A stretch of 63,066 bases of DNA, filler included, from Reticulomyxa filosa (GCA_000512085.1; 11 parts of 11 records of this genome joined end to end with filler, not necessarily neighbours in it); one strand, 5' to 3'. Counted from the first letter of the whole stretch, positions 1 through 17,200 are shown. Notes: generated by a model from the letters alone, not told the origin. Numbers and translations: made by a program.

Positions 1-2
1 AA

Positions 3-1354
<1,352 letters not shown>

Positions 1355-1737
1355 ACTTTCAAGAATCCAAAAGGAGTGTGATTGCTTGTGTGTTGTAAAG
1401 CTAATTTTTAATAATTAGTTGTTTTATTCATCATTTCTCCAATCAAAAGTTTCAAAAGTTGGCAATAAAAAATCATGTGGATTCTTTCAAAATCGGACCA
1501 AATACTGAACGCTTTCAGTTGTGATCAAGATAGAACAACAAAACTTCCGCATTGAAATTAAATTTAATAAAAATCAGATACTTTGTAAATGATATTTTAT
1601 AATTAAGGTATTTGAATTAGTTTTGTTCTAGTTTTGATGTTTAAGAGATATTGATTTAGTCCCGAAAGAAAAGAAAACAGCAAATTTCTCTTTTAATCTA
1701 CTGTTGTACATGCAGTTATATAAATTGCAAAGAATAG

Positions 1738-3336
1738 CTATGAATTGGAAGTAGGCTCTGTTGGAATGATCCCAGTTGTGCCTTTGTGCTCCTCCAGGTC
1801 ACTTATCTCTTCAAAATACCGACCACAGCCACCACAAACCTTTCTCAAAATATCATCACTTGGGATGATTTGTTTGGCAATATGTTCCCATTTCACCGTT
1901 TCTATTTTGGATCGATTTGATGACTGAATTGCATCTGATTCATTTCCATCATTGGGATCTTCAGTACTTTCAGAACAATGCTCACTGTTGCGTTTGAAAA
2001 ATTGAATTCCACATTCTTTATTTATTTCGTCCACATTTATGACAGTCCCATAATAAAAATAGTTATTTGTTGGGGATTGAAATAATACGTTGTCATTAAT
2101 ATGTGGTGGTATTGATATGTCCGTTCCTGCAGTTTGAGAGTTTTCAAATGAAAGCTTTTCATGTTCAGCATTGTCTGCAGCTTCTAGCTTTCGCTTTTTT
2201 TGAGGAGATGTCGATTCATTGTCCACATCAATGTCATTTGAACCATCAACAACATCCATTTTCTCAAACTCCTGTCGAGATCTCTTTCTGGTGCCTCGCT
2301 TATCATCATGAATAGTAGCTGTCTCAGTTAAAAAGGGTAATGCCATTCCTCGTGTCCGAAGTTTCTTGAGAAAGTGCTTTGAAAATTGGCCTTTGAGGAA
2401 ATACAAGCATAAATGTACAACATAACAATATCTTGCGTTGCTTGATCCACAAAAAAAAATTAAATTAGCAACAGTAAAAAAGAACAAACCTGGCTTGGCA
2501 AAGTACCAATCGTATACGTCAGGATTGATTTCTTCGCTGAAGCTGTCCAAAGTGTATTGAATTTTCAAATAGCCATCAGTGTATTGTTTTTTTCTTCGAG
2601 CAACAGGTCTGTTGAGTTGGGTATTCCATCCTTGCACAAGTTGCACAACAGCTTTGTAAGCCTCTTTTTCTCCATCCCATTGGACCATTATTTCTCGTCC
2701 CATCCACGGCGCACGCCATTTCACCTTGTCTGCAGTGGTGTAAAACTCATGAGGTATATTCCGCTTCCAAAGTTCAACAAAGTCAATGTCTGTTAACAAT
2801 CACAGCGATCACTTTATTCATTTTACCACATGTGTGTATCATAGAGACAAACAAGCAAACAAAAAACACCAACCTTCAATGTCGGCAATATCCAATGCCT
2901 TTACTGCTCTTGGATGTGCGACATATGCTACTTGGGAACGTTTGATTGTGTTTGGAATAGGAGTAGGGGTTGGAGCAGCATCTGGATTTGGATTTGGATT
3001 TGGATTTAGATTTGCAGTTGCAATTGTAGTGGTCGCTGTAGCTGTAGTTGCAGTTGTAACTGTAGCTGTCGCTGTCGTTGGATTGGTTGGATCTTCTTCA
3101 ATGAGAGTGACCTCTTTAATTCTCAGCATTCCTAATTCCACACCTTTTCGCAATGCCATGTCAATATTCTCCGTTGACAACGCGTCTCTTACTTCGCTGT
3201 TCTGCTCACAGAGTTGGCGGTAGTCCACTTGCAACGCACTGCAAAGATTTGCACTGGTTGTATTATTCACCGGCATTTTGTCTCGTAATCGCTTCAATTG
3301 CATTGAAGCTACTTTCTTCATTAGCAACGTCAGCAA
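1738..3336 (-). CDS. Hypothetical protein with two Tudor-like segments, a T/NP low-complexity linker and a C-terminal C2H2-like zinc finger; probably spliced
   Basis: ORFs 2839-3336 and 1738-2799. Segments 'MGREIMVQWDGEKEAYKAVV...LKIQY' and 'NDNVLFQSPTNNYFYYGTVINVD...CGIQF'; basic NLS-like KKRKL; 'CGGCGRYFEEISDLEEH'. The exon structure and upstream extent (possibly to ~3930) are uncertain. Confidence 0.55.
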
Positions 3337-5115
3337 ATCAATTTTTTTTTTGAAGTATCCCCATTAATTACATCTACCATCGGCTTTATTTATTTATTTT
3401 TTTTTTGTTATTATTGTTGCTATTTATTAATCTTTTGAAAAAGTTTTTACATTTGAGGAGAGTCGCGATTTTGCGATGACCCTTTCTCCTTCCTTGACCA
3501 TTTTTGAATGTTTTCATTACTTTGGTTGTTTTTTTTGCAAAAAAAAGATTAGCACACGTTATTTTACCGGGTCGTCTTCATCATATTTTGGCCCTTCGTC
3601 AGCTACATTACTGGTAGGGAAAGGAGGAGTTTGTCCTGTCACTTCATAAGGACTGGATTCGTCACCCGTTTGCTCTTCTTCTCTTTCATGTATGTGCGAT
3701 CGTCGGATTCTGTAATTTATTTTGTTGCTCAATTTTGAAAATGGTTTGTATCTTTGTCGTTTCGAAAAGTATAAACAAAAATTTTCATCAAAAAAACTAA
3801 CGCTCAAGATATTACAACCGTTTCGGAGGTTCAAAATCTAGATCCGTTTGACTTTCATCTATTGACCTTCGTTGACGCCTCGTAGCAATTGAATTAATTT
3901 GACGATTCTTGGATTTAGTTCGGCTTGACATCGACATTTGAAGTATGGAAGATATGTTTTTTCCTTTTTTTTGTTGTCTATTTTTTTGTAAAAGTCGTAC
4001 CAGAAAAGCTTTTCTTTTTTTTACAAGTATTCAAGATCAAATTAATTTTTTTTGTTAAAAAACAAAGGACACTAGCTTAAAATTGATATAGTACTCAGCA
4101 AAGATACAAAAAAAAGTTTTTTTAGAAATATGCTTAAATGTTCACGCAAAAAGTGCAATCAGTTGTATCAACAAAGAGCTATGATAAATTATTTTATCAT
4201 TGAAAAGGAATACAATTCAAACGGCATTTGGGAGCATCATAACTATGAACGTTGATTTTAACCATTATTTCGTGTTTGCGATTCGCAAATTTCAATTTCG
4301 TACCGATACATTCTTTCAAAAAATGAAGACATTAGCCACAATTCAATAATATGACGTGTCTCAATATCTTCGGCTTATTGCAAACGCACATTCTGCTAGA
4401 TAATAAGACATCCTTTGTTACACATACACATATGAAAATAAATGTTTATTTTTAATATTTATAGTTAAACACTTTGTCAGAAGTGAAAAATTGTGCAAAA
4501 GGTGCAAAAAAAGCTTCTTCATTTAGAACATTTGCAAAACACATAAATAAAGATAATTTTTTAATTGAAGAAAAAGTATATGTTAAAATTATAATATTTT
4601 TTGCTTCATCACGAACTTGTACAACCTGTCTTTTTGGCGTAGCGACTAATACTGAATGATAATCATATTAGACGTTTGAACTTGAGTTTTCAAAGCAGCT
4701 TTTAAGTTTGATTTTCGATCTTTGTACGTATATTTTTTCAAAATCTTTCATGTGACAAATTTCAACAGTAACTTCAGCCATAAACATTTTTGTTTTTAGG
4801 TTGCCTTTTATGCTACCTTAATTTTTGGCTCATTATGTCTTCAATCACAAAAAAAGAAAATTTATGACTAAAATCGGAGAACGGATAATGTTGATAATTA
4901 CAACAGAGCTTATGCTGACAGACAAGAAAACGTAGAATACCTTTAAGAATATCATCAAAAAGCGTAGACCTTTCTTTGAAAGGACCTTATTCATTTGTTT
5001 GTTATTCTTTCACTTAAAAGTGAAATACCGCTTATAAAGCCAAGGGACAGGTACCAACATAGGATTTTAGAATTGCACGTAGGGTGGTTCATCGAAACTT
5101 TTGGTGTAGGGAGAT

Positions 5116-6093
5116 TTGTTTGAGATTAAAATGGAGAATACAAATGCATTGCAAATACTTCCAGGTCGATTATCTTGCACGCTGCAAAGGGTAATGAGAG
5201 CGCTTAGTGAAATTTTCGAAGCACACAGCAACACTTGGAGCGCAAGGAATTTCGACGAAATTTTGTTGCAGATAATATCGCAAGTTTTTTCGTTCTTATT
5301 GCTGGAATATTCGCTGCCACGAAAAGGTACAAAGAGAAAACAATTTGTTTGAGGCGTTGGCTTGGATTGCTTTGTTGAAGGAAGTTTGCAAAAAAAAAAA
5401 AATGCAACAAAACAAAGCACGTACTCCTTCCATCACCTTTTTTTTTTTTTTTAAAAAAATGATCTCTGTTACAATTGTTAAACAAATTAAAAAGACAGTC
5501 TTTATTGAGCAAGTACATTATCAATTTGTAACTCAATTTTTTCTCTTCCTTTTGATGTCTGATCTCATGATAACGAGCCCCATTTGCAAAAAAAAAAAAG
5601 ACAACACAAACAATTAAAAAAAAATACACAAACTAATAACGACAAAGAATTAAACCGAGCATCAATCAACGAAGTAAGTTGGAGACCAATAGTCTTGGAA
5701 GTGAAGATGAGAGGAGACGAGATGAAAGTAGTATTATTAAATTCACAGTCGTTAAGTCCACGATTGCGTTATGTGCCGCCTTACACAAACACCAAAAGTT
5801 TGAAACAGACCACCTTAGAACCGCATATTGAGGCACTTAGTGTATGCTCGGATCCAGAGCGTGTGCAGAATTCATTTGCCAATCACTGCGGAGAAGGGTT
5901 ATTGTCACCGTTGACAGCGAGCGAAGCATTATATGACGCTGCGTTGCCATCGATGTCAATTGACGGGTGGGAAGTTTTCCGTCCATTAGATGCTGATGAT
6001 TTTGACAATATGTCGCTGTTCAACAACAATCTGTTTTACATGGATAGTGCCCTAGCTTTGGTGGAGATGTCACAGTCGCCATTTGATGAATGA
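5116..6093 (+). CDS. Hypothetical protein (3' exons)
   Basis: ORFs 5116-5352 and 5584-6093 have coding-like composition and are separated by poly-A/T intron-like DNA; no recognisable motif. Confidence 0.4.
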
Positions 6094-7560
6094 AACTTAG
6101 AGTGATCTTTTTTTTAAAAAAAAAAAAAAAAATCGTTATTTTTTTATTTGCTTAGGTAGTGAGTTTCATGTCCTTGTGGCACAGCGAATGCATAGAATTG
6201 CAAAGCTCTTTTCTCCTTGTCTTTTTTTTTTGTTTTTTTTTTTGTATGTGTATCCTTTTGATTTTTGTTTTCCGGCTTTTTTTGTTGTTTTGATGGAACT
6301 TCAAAGGGCCGCAACAAGGGACACTCACGTTTATGCATTATTTGTAAATATCAAATGGCTGGCTTCTCCCTTTTTCTACTCGTAATAATTTATTTTGATG
6401 TGTGTTGTTTTGTGCTTGCGATGGTTTTTGTTACTTGTCCTTTTTTTCTTAAACTGCTTTAGGTATTCCGACAAGTGCATAGCACTAATTCGCATTTATA
6501 AACTGCACAATAGTACCGCGCTTGTCTTTCTTTGTTGCTTTACTTTGTCTTTTTTATTTTATTTACGTTTTTGTTTTGTGATTCTTAATGGTTTTTGTTT
6601 TTTTAACTCGCCAAAATCACAAGCTGCTTCAGAAACAGTTACGAACTGATTGAAAATGATAAAACGAATACGGTTGAATAAAAATAAATTTTTCAATTAT
6701 TTTACAAGTTAGTTTATTATAGTCAGTGAAATAACATTAAATTAAGGAGGAAAAAAGATATTTTTTTTAAATATGGACATCAATAGATCGATTGCAATGT
6801 GCTCATGTTCATAATTTTTGTGTTATACTTTTCGCAAAAACTTTTTTTGAAATTTGTTATCATAAGTTGATTCAGTGACAAAATACTTTTGGCTCTATTT
6901 CTCCTTTTCGTTTTATGTAACAAATACTAGGATGCTAGTGCAAACACTACCTGGAATGTTACAAAGAGTTTCATAAAATATGTTTGGTACATGCTCTCAT
7001 AGAAAAATAGACCTTTGAAACTTTATAGATTGCGTTTCTTTCTTTTTGTTATCACGTCCTTTAGTTTCCTACAAAAATTAATATTTATTCAGGTTTTTAA
7101 TCGAAACTGGTTTTGTTTTTTTTAAGAATTCTAGTCAATTGAAATATTGCAAAATGATCTATGAATTTTTCTTTACGAAATATTCTGGGTAGTGTAATAC
7201 TAAAATCTGTCTCAGGAATTAATATTCGTCCAATCTATTATAAAATTGTCGATGAATTTAGAGCGATAGTGCACACCTAAAGTATTCAAAAAATGTTAAT
7301 CCTAAGCATAAACTTGTCTCTAAAGGATTAATGGAGCAGAAAAAAAATAATTTGATGAACTCTTATTCATAAAGTTAAATAGAAAATTTGTATCAACGTT
7401 TTTTGTGTGTTGCATTGTACAATTGAAACTCTGTACAATACTTTTGTCGTGATCAAATGGTAATATGTAAAAAGTAATAATAACTGTACTTTAATAATTT
7501 TCTTTTGGGTTTGAATGACAAAAGTTTTATTTCAAAGTGGAAAGTTTCAACTTTTTGAAA

Positions 7561-9618
7561 ATGTTGGCAAAAATTCCTTTCCATCCCTTGCCACATTCAA
7601 TTGAAAGTGCAACTGTTGAAAAAGACCGAATTCCATATATTCATTATCCCTTTGTGATTATATCACTAACACTTTTGTCACTGGTGTCAGTGTTTGTAAA
7701 CCCACTTCTCCCGTACCATGTCTTGAAGGGACGGTCAATAAATGCAGTAAATACGACAACGATATATCTTTCCCTGTCCATATGTGTAATATTTACTTGT
7801 GAGTTTATATATCTATCGATGACATATCGGCAATTCAATCCACTTACGTCACGTTTACACTTTTCGAATGTAACGTATATATTGTGTATAATCTCACTGA
7901 TAATGGATATCGCATTTCCACATAAACTGTACCATCAAATCGAAGTGCCTTATATCAGAGCAATTGGTAAACAACGAAAAGCAGGCTGTGTGCATTGCAA
8001 TATTCACACTACTACTTTTTGATTTTCCTTTTAATTTATTTATTGAAAGAGTGAGAGAGAGAGATAAAAAAAAAAAAAAAAAAAGTAAGAAATAAAAGTG
8101 AAGTATTAAATATTAAAACATATAAACCAAGTGACATGGCTATTGTTTGTTCGAATAATCCAAATGACACTTCGTTTGAGCATTTATTGGATTTATCGCA
8201 ATGCAGCTGCAAATGAAAGTGGAAATAAGAATAGCAATAGCAATGGCAATAGCAATGGCAATAGCAATGGCAACAAAAATAGAAGTGACAAAGCCAACAA
8301 AAGTGTAAAGTGGCTATGGCAGCAACTTCAGCGCAAAACAGTGAAAAAAAATCGCGTGAGCATAGAGGTGGACACAAGTGAGGAAGACCACGAAGACGGC
8401 AATGGATCCGTCATCACCCATGCATCTGAGGATGAGGCGGAGAAAGAGCACACCGCCGAATTGGTTCACACAAACATAAACGCAGTCGCAAAAAAAAAAG
8501 TCAAGTCACAATCACAATCGCAGTCGCAATCCAATCCGGTCAATGAGGACAAAGAGACACACTCGAGAGTGTTTTTTTCTGAGACGTCATGTGATATTCA
8601 TCCAGTCTGTTTTTTATTTTAACAAACATATATACACACATATATTTACATGTAATGTGTCTCTTTGATATGACGTATACAAAAATGTACGTGCAATATT
8701 GCAATATTCTTTTGTGTGTGTGTGTGTGTGTGTGTGACGAACAGGTAACTGACAATACGACCAAAGCCAATGTCGACAATGAAACATCAAGTTTAATTCA
8801 GGGTGGTCGAGGTCGAAGACCTTCCATTGGCCAATATCCAGTTTCCATGTGTTTTTGTTTCTTCTTCTCCTCTCCTTCCACTGTTTGGTCCTATCGAGAT
8901 TGTATGTTAATGCAAATTCGAGTAGTCGACGAGTGACGACGGACATTCGCAAAAACGAAACTCAATGGATTGCAACGATCACAAAGAAGACAAAAAGCAC
9001 AGCAGACATAACAAACATAACGAAAAGGACGACGAGGAGAACGTGGAATGTATGCACATGGGATTGTGGCCAGAATTTGTCGGCAAAGTCGGGTTGTTGG
9101 CAAATGCCATGATTTCTTTGTTGCTTTTTGTCAATTCGCTCGACCCACAATGGTTTGTGGTTCAAATACTTTGCATCTTGTCGGTGTTTCTTGGCATCAT
9201 GGCCATTACTGCGAGTGTTATTTAGTTATGTACACTACCACCTTTTTTTTTTTTTTTTTTTTTTTTTGAAATCTTTTTATTATTATTTATTTTTAAAAAA
9301 AGTGAGTTTTCTCAATCGTACCTGGAGAGTATGTCCACAATTGCACGCAGACGTGTTGGAAATAATCGCACGCGACAGTCGTTGTCCGGACAACAACAAC
9401 AACAACAACAACAACCACCAAATGTGAGATCAAGTCTGAGCGCAGTTGTATTCGACCCAACCACAAACATTGGGAAGAAGCGGTCCATCTCCGAAGATCA
9501 GAAAAAAGAGGAACATCGAATCATTGCACATTACAGTGATAGCGAAAGTAATGAGCCCGACATTCCAATTCGTCCTCATAGATCACGCCGTCAAAGGCTT
9601 ACTCATGTTTCATGTTAA
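7561..9618 (+). CDS. Hypothetical multi-pass membrane protein, multi-exon, possibly running to the contig end
   Basis: Hydrophobic helices in ORFs 7537-8022, 8131-8622 and 8965-9225 alternate with N/D/Q-rich loops; AT-rich introns contain poly-A/T and (TG)n. Confidence 0.55.
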
Positions 9619-9715
9619 GTCTCTATGGTTCACATCGAGCAAAAAATAAAAAAATAAAAAAAAAAAAAAAAAAAAAAAAAACAAATCAATACACAATATT
9701 ACTAGTTTTATTAGA

Positions 9716-9815
9716 NNNNNNNNNNNNNNNNNNNNNNNNNNNNNNNNNNNNNNNNNNNNTTAATTAATTAANNNNNNNNNNNNNNNNNNNNNNNNNNNNN
9801 NNNNNNNNNNNNNNN
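9716..9815. other. Artificial contig linker N44-TTAATTAATTAA-N44; identical copies at 20084-20183, 26022-26121, 33279-33378, 43578-43677, 45352-45451, 49708-49807, 51725-51824, 59993-60092, 61402-61501
   Basis: The same 100-bp string occurs 10 times. TTAATTAATTAA puts stop codons in all six frames, and genes are truncated at the linkers. Confidence 0.98.
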
Positions 9816-9889
9816 TACATACATATGTATATGTATATGTACATATATATGTGTATGTACACATATATTTATGTATATACATAATAGTC

Positions 9890-11188
9890 GATTGCAAATA
9901 TGCATGCTTTATGTAATGTTTGTGATTGTTCAACTAATGGCTTTGGAGTTGTGGTCCAAGTAGTTGCGCTCTGATTGACATCACTTTCACCTTCAAATTG
10001 TCCACTGCTTGAAGTTGTGTTGGTGGGGATTGCACTTTCGGTTAGCAACGAGAACGAAATAGGATAAAGGGTAGATGAGCCCAAGACAGAATGCAACGTG
10101 CGTTGTGCATGCAATCGACGAAGAGGAGTCGATGTTGCCTATGTGTGCAGATGATGTGCTCATAGGTATCAATAGAATGTTGTACATTGGAGACCTAAGG
10201 ACATGTGTCCTAACTGTTGTCATCGAACTCGAGTTAACGTGAACGTGCGTGCAATTTCCATCGCACAGGCAATTCTTTGGGTCGGTGTTGCAGTTCAACG
10301 TACTGTTCTGAGGAATACAGAAATAAATACAATTGTTGTTTGTTTTGTTTCTGTTTTTTGCCAAGCCATTGTGTCTTAGCGATTGGTTTGTCTATCAATT
10401 ATCCCCTCACATAACTATGCAATCTCCATTGTTACAGTTGAAAAGACATTTCAAAGGATCAACGGTGTGGCAATTCACTATTCCCCAAACGACTGCATTT
10501 CTTTCATTGGATTCGAGTTTACAAGATCCAACATCGCCTTTGTGAAATAAACAAAAAAAGACTTTGCTGTTCTTCAGAAGGAATGGGAAATAGAGAACAG
10601 ACGACAAGCATATGCATATGTCCTCACGGCGGACATAGCTCGTAGATATGTATACGTTGCATTGTGTATAAAAAGGTATGTACCATAGCAACCCATAATG
10701 CTATGGCGACATGCAAACTCACTGTTGCAACCCTGATAACATGTTGTCCCTCGAGGAGATCCCCACGTATCGGTAGTGTACCCGGGACCCACGTACGATC
10801 CGCAATACGTGCTCACAGCTTCACATGCGTCGGGACCATCCGTACACAATATGCTAGTATCCTTACCACTAAACACATTTACTTGAGTACATGCACCCGA
10901 CCCTGAACAATGCACCTCTACCACTGGAGGTGAGGCCGTTGCGGGGCATATTATATTCAGATTGTCGCATCGAGCTTCCTCTATTTGTTTGTTTTAATTT
11001 GAATGCTATCACATTTTCACTTAATCCGTTTTCTATTGTTACATGTGCACATGAGTTAAATGTTTTCATCTTTTACTGTTGCAAAAGACTGCAAAGGTTG
11101 CCATGCCATTACAGGTTACATTCCCTGTTCTTATGGCATTCGCTGATGAGCTTGAGAAAATTAATAAAACCAAAAGCCAAACAACCAT
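9890..11188 (-). CDS. Secreted cysteine-rich repeat protein, 3'-truncated at the linker
   Basis: ATG at 11188 gives the signal-peptide-like MVVWLLVLLIFSSSSANA. Exons encode repeated C-x4/5-(A/N)C units (CSGSGAC, CTDGPDAC, CNSEFAC, CLCDGNC, CDCSTNG). Confidence 0.65.
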
Positions 11189-12335
11189 AGGTTATTGGCT
11201 CAATCGGTTTGCACAGAAGTTTCTTAAATGCAACCAACTTAAAATGTCACTGTAATTGGTGCTTCGAGACAAATTATAATCAGCACCAAGAGAGATAATT
11301 TATTCTTTTTTTATCAAAAAGTAAGGCGATTTGCGAAATAAAGTGAAAAAGAGCAAAACTGACCTATGCCAGTTTCTACCTTTTTTAGTCGTGCCGACTC
11401 AAAAGTGATCGAAATTTTATGTAACTTGTCGCTTTTGAGATGCAGCCGACTTAATTGTTCAATAAAGTCCAGGTATAGCAAGTATCAAAGTCAGTAAAAT
11501 GTAAAAGCTTGTGTTTTTATTTTAATAAGTTAATCACATCTTGTTTTGGCACAATTTTATTTATTTTAACTTTTTGCTGAGTTTGCTGCAAAAAGCAGCC
11601 TTTCGTATTACACTTTCAACTGCCCACATTTCTTCCGTTGTAGTATAGCCCTTTTGGTTTCTTTAAATCAAGAAAATTTTTGGTTTAACCTTTTTACTTT
11701 TTTAGATTCAATATTCGAAAATTGGATACTTTAAGTTTACTTTTTATGAACTTTATATTTTCTATAAAATTCTAGACTTGGTCGATTTAAAGAACGCGAA
11801 AACAAATTCAAGATTGTTCGTAGATTCCGAAAAAAATTAATTGAGAATGAAATGTTAATTTTATTTCCCCAAAAATGAATTACCTTTATCTTTTCGAGGT
11901 CTATTATCGTTTGATAATGTGATTGGTTTGTTTTCTAATCTTAAAAAAGCAAATGTAGTAGTCAAATGAAACAACAATGGGAAAATTGAAAACTATCCCT
12001 AACTTCAAGTGGACAAACCCATTACAAACCAAGAGAGTGTATCTCATTACTAGCTCAAAAAGAAAAAAAAAACCACATGACATCAAAATTCAACACGAAA
12101 CCCCCAATGGTTTTGAGTATTGTTTTTCCCTTTCCTCAGTGTCCCCAAACAACAACACCCACACAACACATTTTTCCGTAGTGTTTTAAGTAACGTTCTC
12201 TTTTTGGCTGCAAAATAAAATGAAATCAAACAAAGAAAGAAAATCGACGGCTAAAACAAAAACTGAAGCGCCTCAAGCGTAAACATTGTAAAAATGGTCA
12301 GTTCACAGTAAATCCTTTTTTCTCTCCCCTCTTTA

Positions 12336-13660
<1,325 letters not shown>

Positions 13661-14294
13661 TTGTATCTTTATTCAAACTCTTACAAAGATGAGGTGAAAA
13701 TGCGGAATAAGCACAAGATGGGCTTGAATAACAAAAAATTTTGTTAAAGGGTGTTAAGGGGATAAGAAGAAAAACCGTGCTGTCTTTGATGTTGGCAGTG
13801 AAAATACCAAAAGAAAAGAAAATTAATAGTCCCAAAATTCACCCACAGAGTATAAAATACTAATCAGAAAGAAATAATCTGGTGTACATAAACAGTCAAA
13901 TAACGTCCAAGCTTTTTAAAAAAATGGTTGCATCAAATTCACAGGTTTTTGGGGAAGATCATTTAAGCTGAAGTAGGATTTTTCTTTCATATTGCTTGAT
14001 CTTGTTCGACGACTTGAAATGCTATGAAGTATAATTATAACTTATAGAAATAGTTATTTTTTTATCGATGTAACTGTAAAAAGATTTCTTAATTTTGTGA
14101 ACATAACTTTGAAGTTGAAGGAAAAATTAGAATACAATATATAAAATTCAGAAGGAAGATGTCATAGCTAACAGACATGACTGTAGAACATAACAAATAC
14201 ACGATTACATACAATGTTTGCACCAAACAATTATCATATTAGGATTTCTGAACGTTCAGGCTAGTTGTTAACAAAGCGTCGCATATAACTTTTG

Positions 14295-17200
14295 ATGTCT
14301 CAGCAACCACAGCCACGCTTAGTGCTGACCAAAATCGAGTTAGAAAATTTCAAATCATATTATGGACGACGAATAATCGGGCCTTTTCATAAGGTAAAGG
14401 GAAGGCCGAAAACACAAACAGCAAAAACAAAAACAGTATTTTGGACTGTTGTGTTTTACCTGCGAACAAAATAGCGTTTCTCTTCAATAGTGGGTCCAAA
14501 TGGATCTGGCAAATCAAATGTAATCGACGCTTTGCTTTTTGTATTTGGAAAAAGAGCAAGCAAAATCCGTTTAAAAAAAATTAGCGAACTCGTACACAAT
14601 TCCAGTGATCACCCCGATTGCAACCAAGCCAAAGTCACAGTGTTCTTTCAAGAGATTATTGACCACGTTAACAATGAGAACAAAAAATATGCACATACAC
14701 ACACACTAGCAGCAATGTCTCTCATTCTCGTTTTGGTAAACACACCAAAGCAGAGCAACAACAAAAATTGGTTTGTTTGTGTGACAATGTTCTAAGGAGG
14801 ACAGTGAAGATGAGTACACTGCAGTGGAAGGTTCACAATTCAGCATATGTCGCATTGCAACAAAGCGAAACCAATCGCAGTATTTCATCAACGGCAATGC
14901 AGTGACAAGAACAGATGTTGTCAACAAATTGATCAGCAAGGGTGTAGATTTGTCTAACAATCGTTTTCTCATTTTGCAAGTTGATTTTTTTTCGTTTTAC
15001 ATTTCAGAGTTTTTTTGCAACCAATCAAAAATGTTGTGGTGTCGGGATCAAAGGGAGAGGTTGAGTCAATATCATTAATGAAGCCAAAAGGACCCACTCC
15101 AAATGAAGACGGGCTGTTGGAATATCTAGAAGATATCATTGGCAGTAATCAGTTTGTGGAACAAATTGAAAAAGCAAAAGAAGGTGCAGAAGTGCTGAAT
15201 GCCGAAGTAGAAGAGCGTCTGAATCGTGTGAAATTAGTGGAAAAAGACAGAGACAAACTCGAAAGCGCTAAAAACGAAGCGCAAGAATTTGTGAAAAAAG
15301 AGCTGCAGCTCTGGAAGTTGTCTGGAATTAAAAAGCAAATCAGCATCAATCAATTTCAGGGCGAAATGAAAAAGTCGCAAGAAGCATTGGCCGAAAAACT
15401 GAAACAATTGCAACATTACAATGATGAAATCAGTTTATTTCAAAAATCACACACACACACGCATACACAAACACAAATATTTGCATAAACACAAAATGAA
15501 TCACTTATTACAACTGGACCGTTGAGAGTTTACACTCAACAACTTGTGATTGATTGCGAACAGAGCAAGTACAGAGTGAGTTGGGCGAACATGAAGAAGA
15601 ATACCAGCAAGCAAAGACGTTAAGAGAAGTTGAGTTTTGTCTGTTTCTTTAACAACATTACAACTGGCCCTATTTGATCGCGTTTGCTGTGGACTAACGT
15701 ACAAACCAGAGACTTCATAAAGAAATGGTCGATACACAAACCGAACGCAATGAATGGGACCAGCAAGATTCTTCATTACGAGAACGATTTAAACATTTGA
15801 ATGACGAATATAAGCGAATTTCGGCAAACTTAAATAACGTTAAAATTTTTCATGCTTTTGTTTTTGTTGGATGAGCTTTTTTAAAAAAACGTGGCTTAGA
15901 TATCTCCGGCCACATTAAAAAATTTTGCTGACAAGTGGAAAGTGAAACCACAAAAAAACTACTGTTTTCAGTTGACAGATCAAATCAAGGAAAGCCAGAG
16001 CACCGTAGAGAACAATGAAAAACAAATCCCACTATTGGAAAAGGAAGTGAAAAAAATAAGTGCGTCGCTGGAAGAAGAGCAAAAAAAACAGGAGGAAATG
16101 ATGTCCCATTTGGCCAGCAAATTCAACCCATTCGAGAAGCCATGGAAAAGAAACAAAGACAACTAATCCCGAAAAAAGACAAACAAAACGAAATTCAGCA
16201 GCAATTGGACGGAGTGATTGATGACATTAAATCCAGTTTTGTAACACAAAATTTTTTAAAGGTCGCAATATATCGTAAGCAAAAATGCATACTTTTTGAT
16301 TGATTGGGAAACTTTTATTGTTTCAGTTGAACAAAAAAGGTACAAAGCCCAAGACCGAAAAAAAGAGTTGATTGATCGAATCGCACAAGTGGAAACAGAA
16401 ATCAAAGAAAAAGTTTCGATGTTTGTGATTGGTTTGTTTTTTGTCGCGATGTTTATCTTGCTTGAATTTCTCCTTCCCCTCGTGCTTTGTCTTTCGGTCA
16501 GGAGGCAGAATTTGAAGGAAAGCAGAAAGAGTTCACTGTAGCCGAAAGAGAAAAGCAAGAGATATCGCAGCTGTGTACAGAGCTAGAGCGGCAAGATCAA
16601 CAATTGAGCAAAGCATTATCAGAAGCCCAAATACGAGCCACGGACATGAAACAAAATTTTGATCGTCAAAGGAATCGTCACGGAATTATAGCCGCATTGT
16701 TGGATGCTCAATCTAAAGGACATCTTTCTGGAATTATTGTATGTTGTTCTTTTCTTTGATATATATAGTCAAATCAAAATAAAAAAACAAACATGGTCTA
16801 TGTTAAAAGGGAAGAATTGGCGATCTTGGGAGCATTGATGGGGAATTTGACATTGCAGCGTCAACTGCAGCCTCTGCGCAGCTGAATCACATTCTAGTGG
16901 AAAAGACCAGCCATGCACAAAAAGCAGTGGAATATCTGAAGTTAGGTTTTTGTTTTCCTTGGCACATTGTCCAAAGAGTTTTGGACTATGTTCACGTGAA
17001 TGTATGTGTCTATTTGTGATGAACGTAGGCAAAAAAAATTGGGAGTTTCGACATTTGTAATTTTGGAAAACAAAAAGAACAATTGCAAAATCGATTACAT
17101 GCAATTGAAACGCCAGAAAAAGCACCTCGCGTATTTGATTTGGTGAAAGTGCAAAAGCCAGAATATCGATATGCGTTTTATTATGCATTCCGTGATACAC

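Noticed and set aside
4150-4790. Possible small minus-strand gene starting MAEVTVEICHMKDF
   Set aside because: Frames are interrupted and no convincing splice model or family was recognised.
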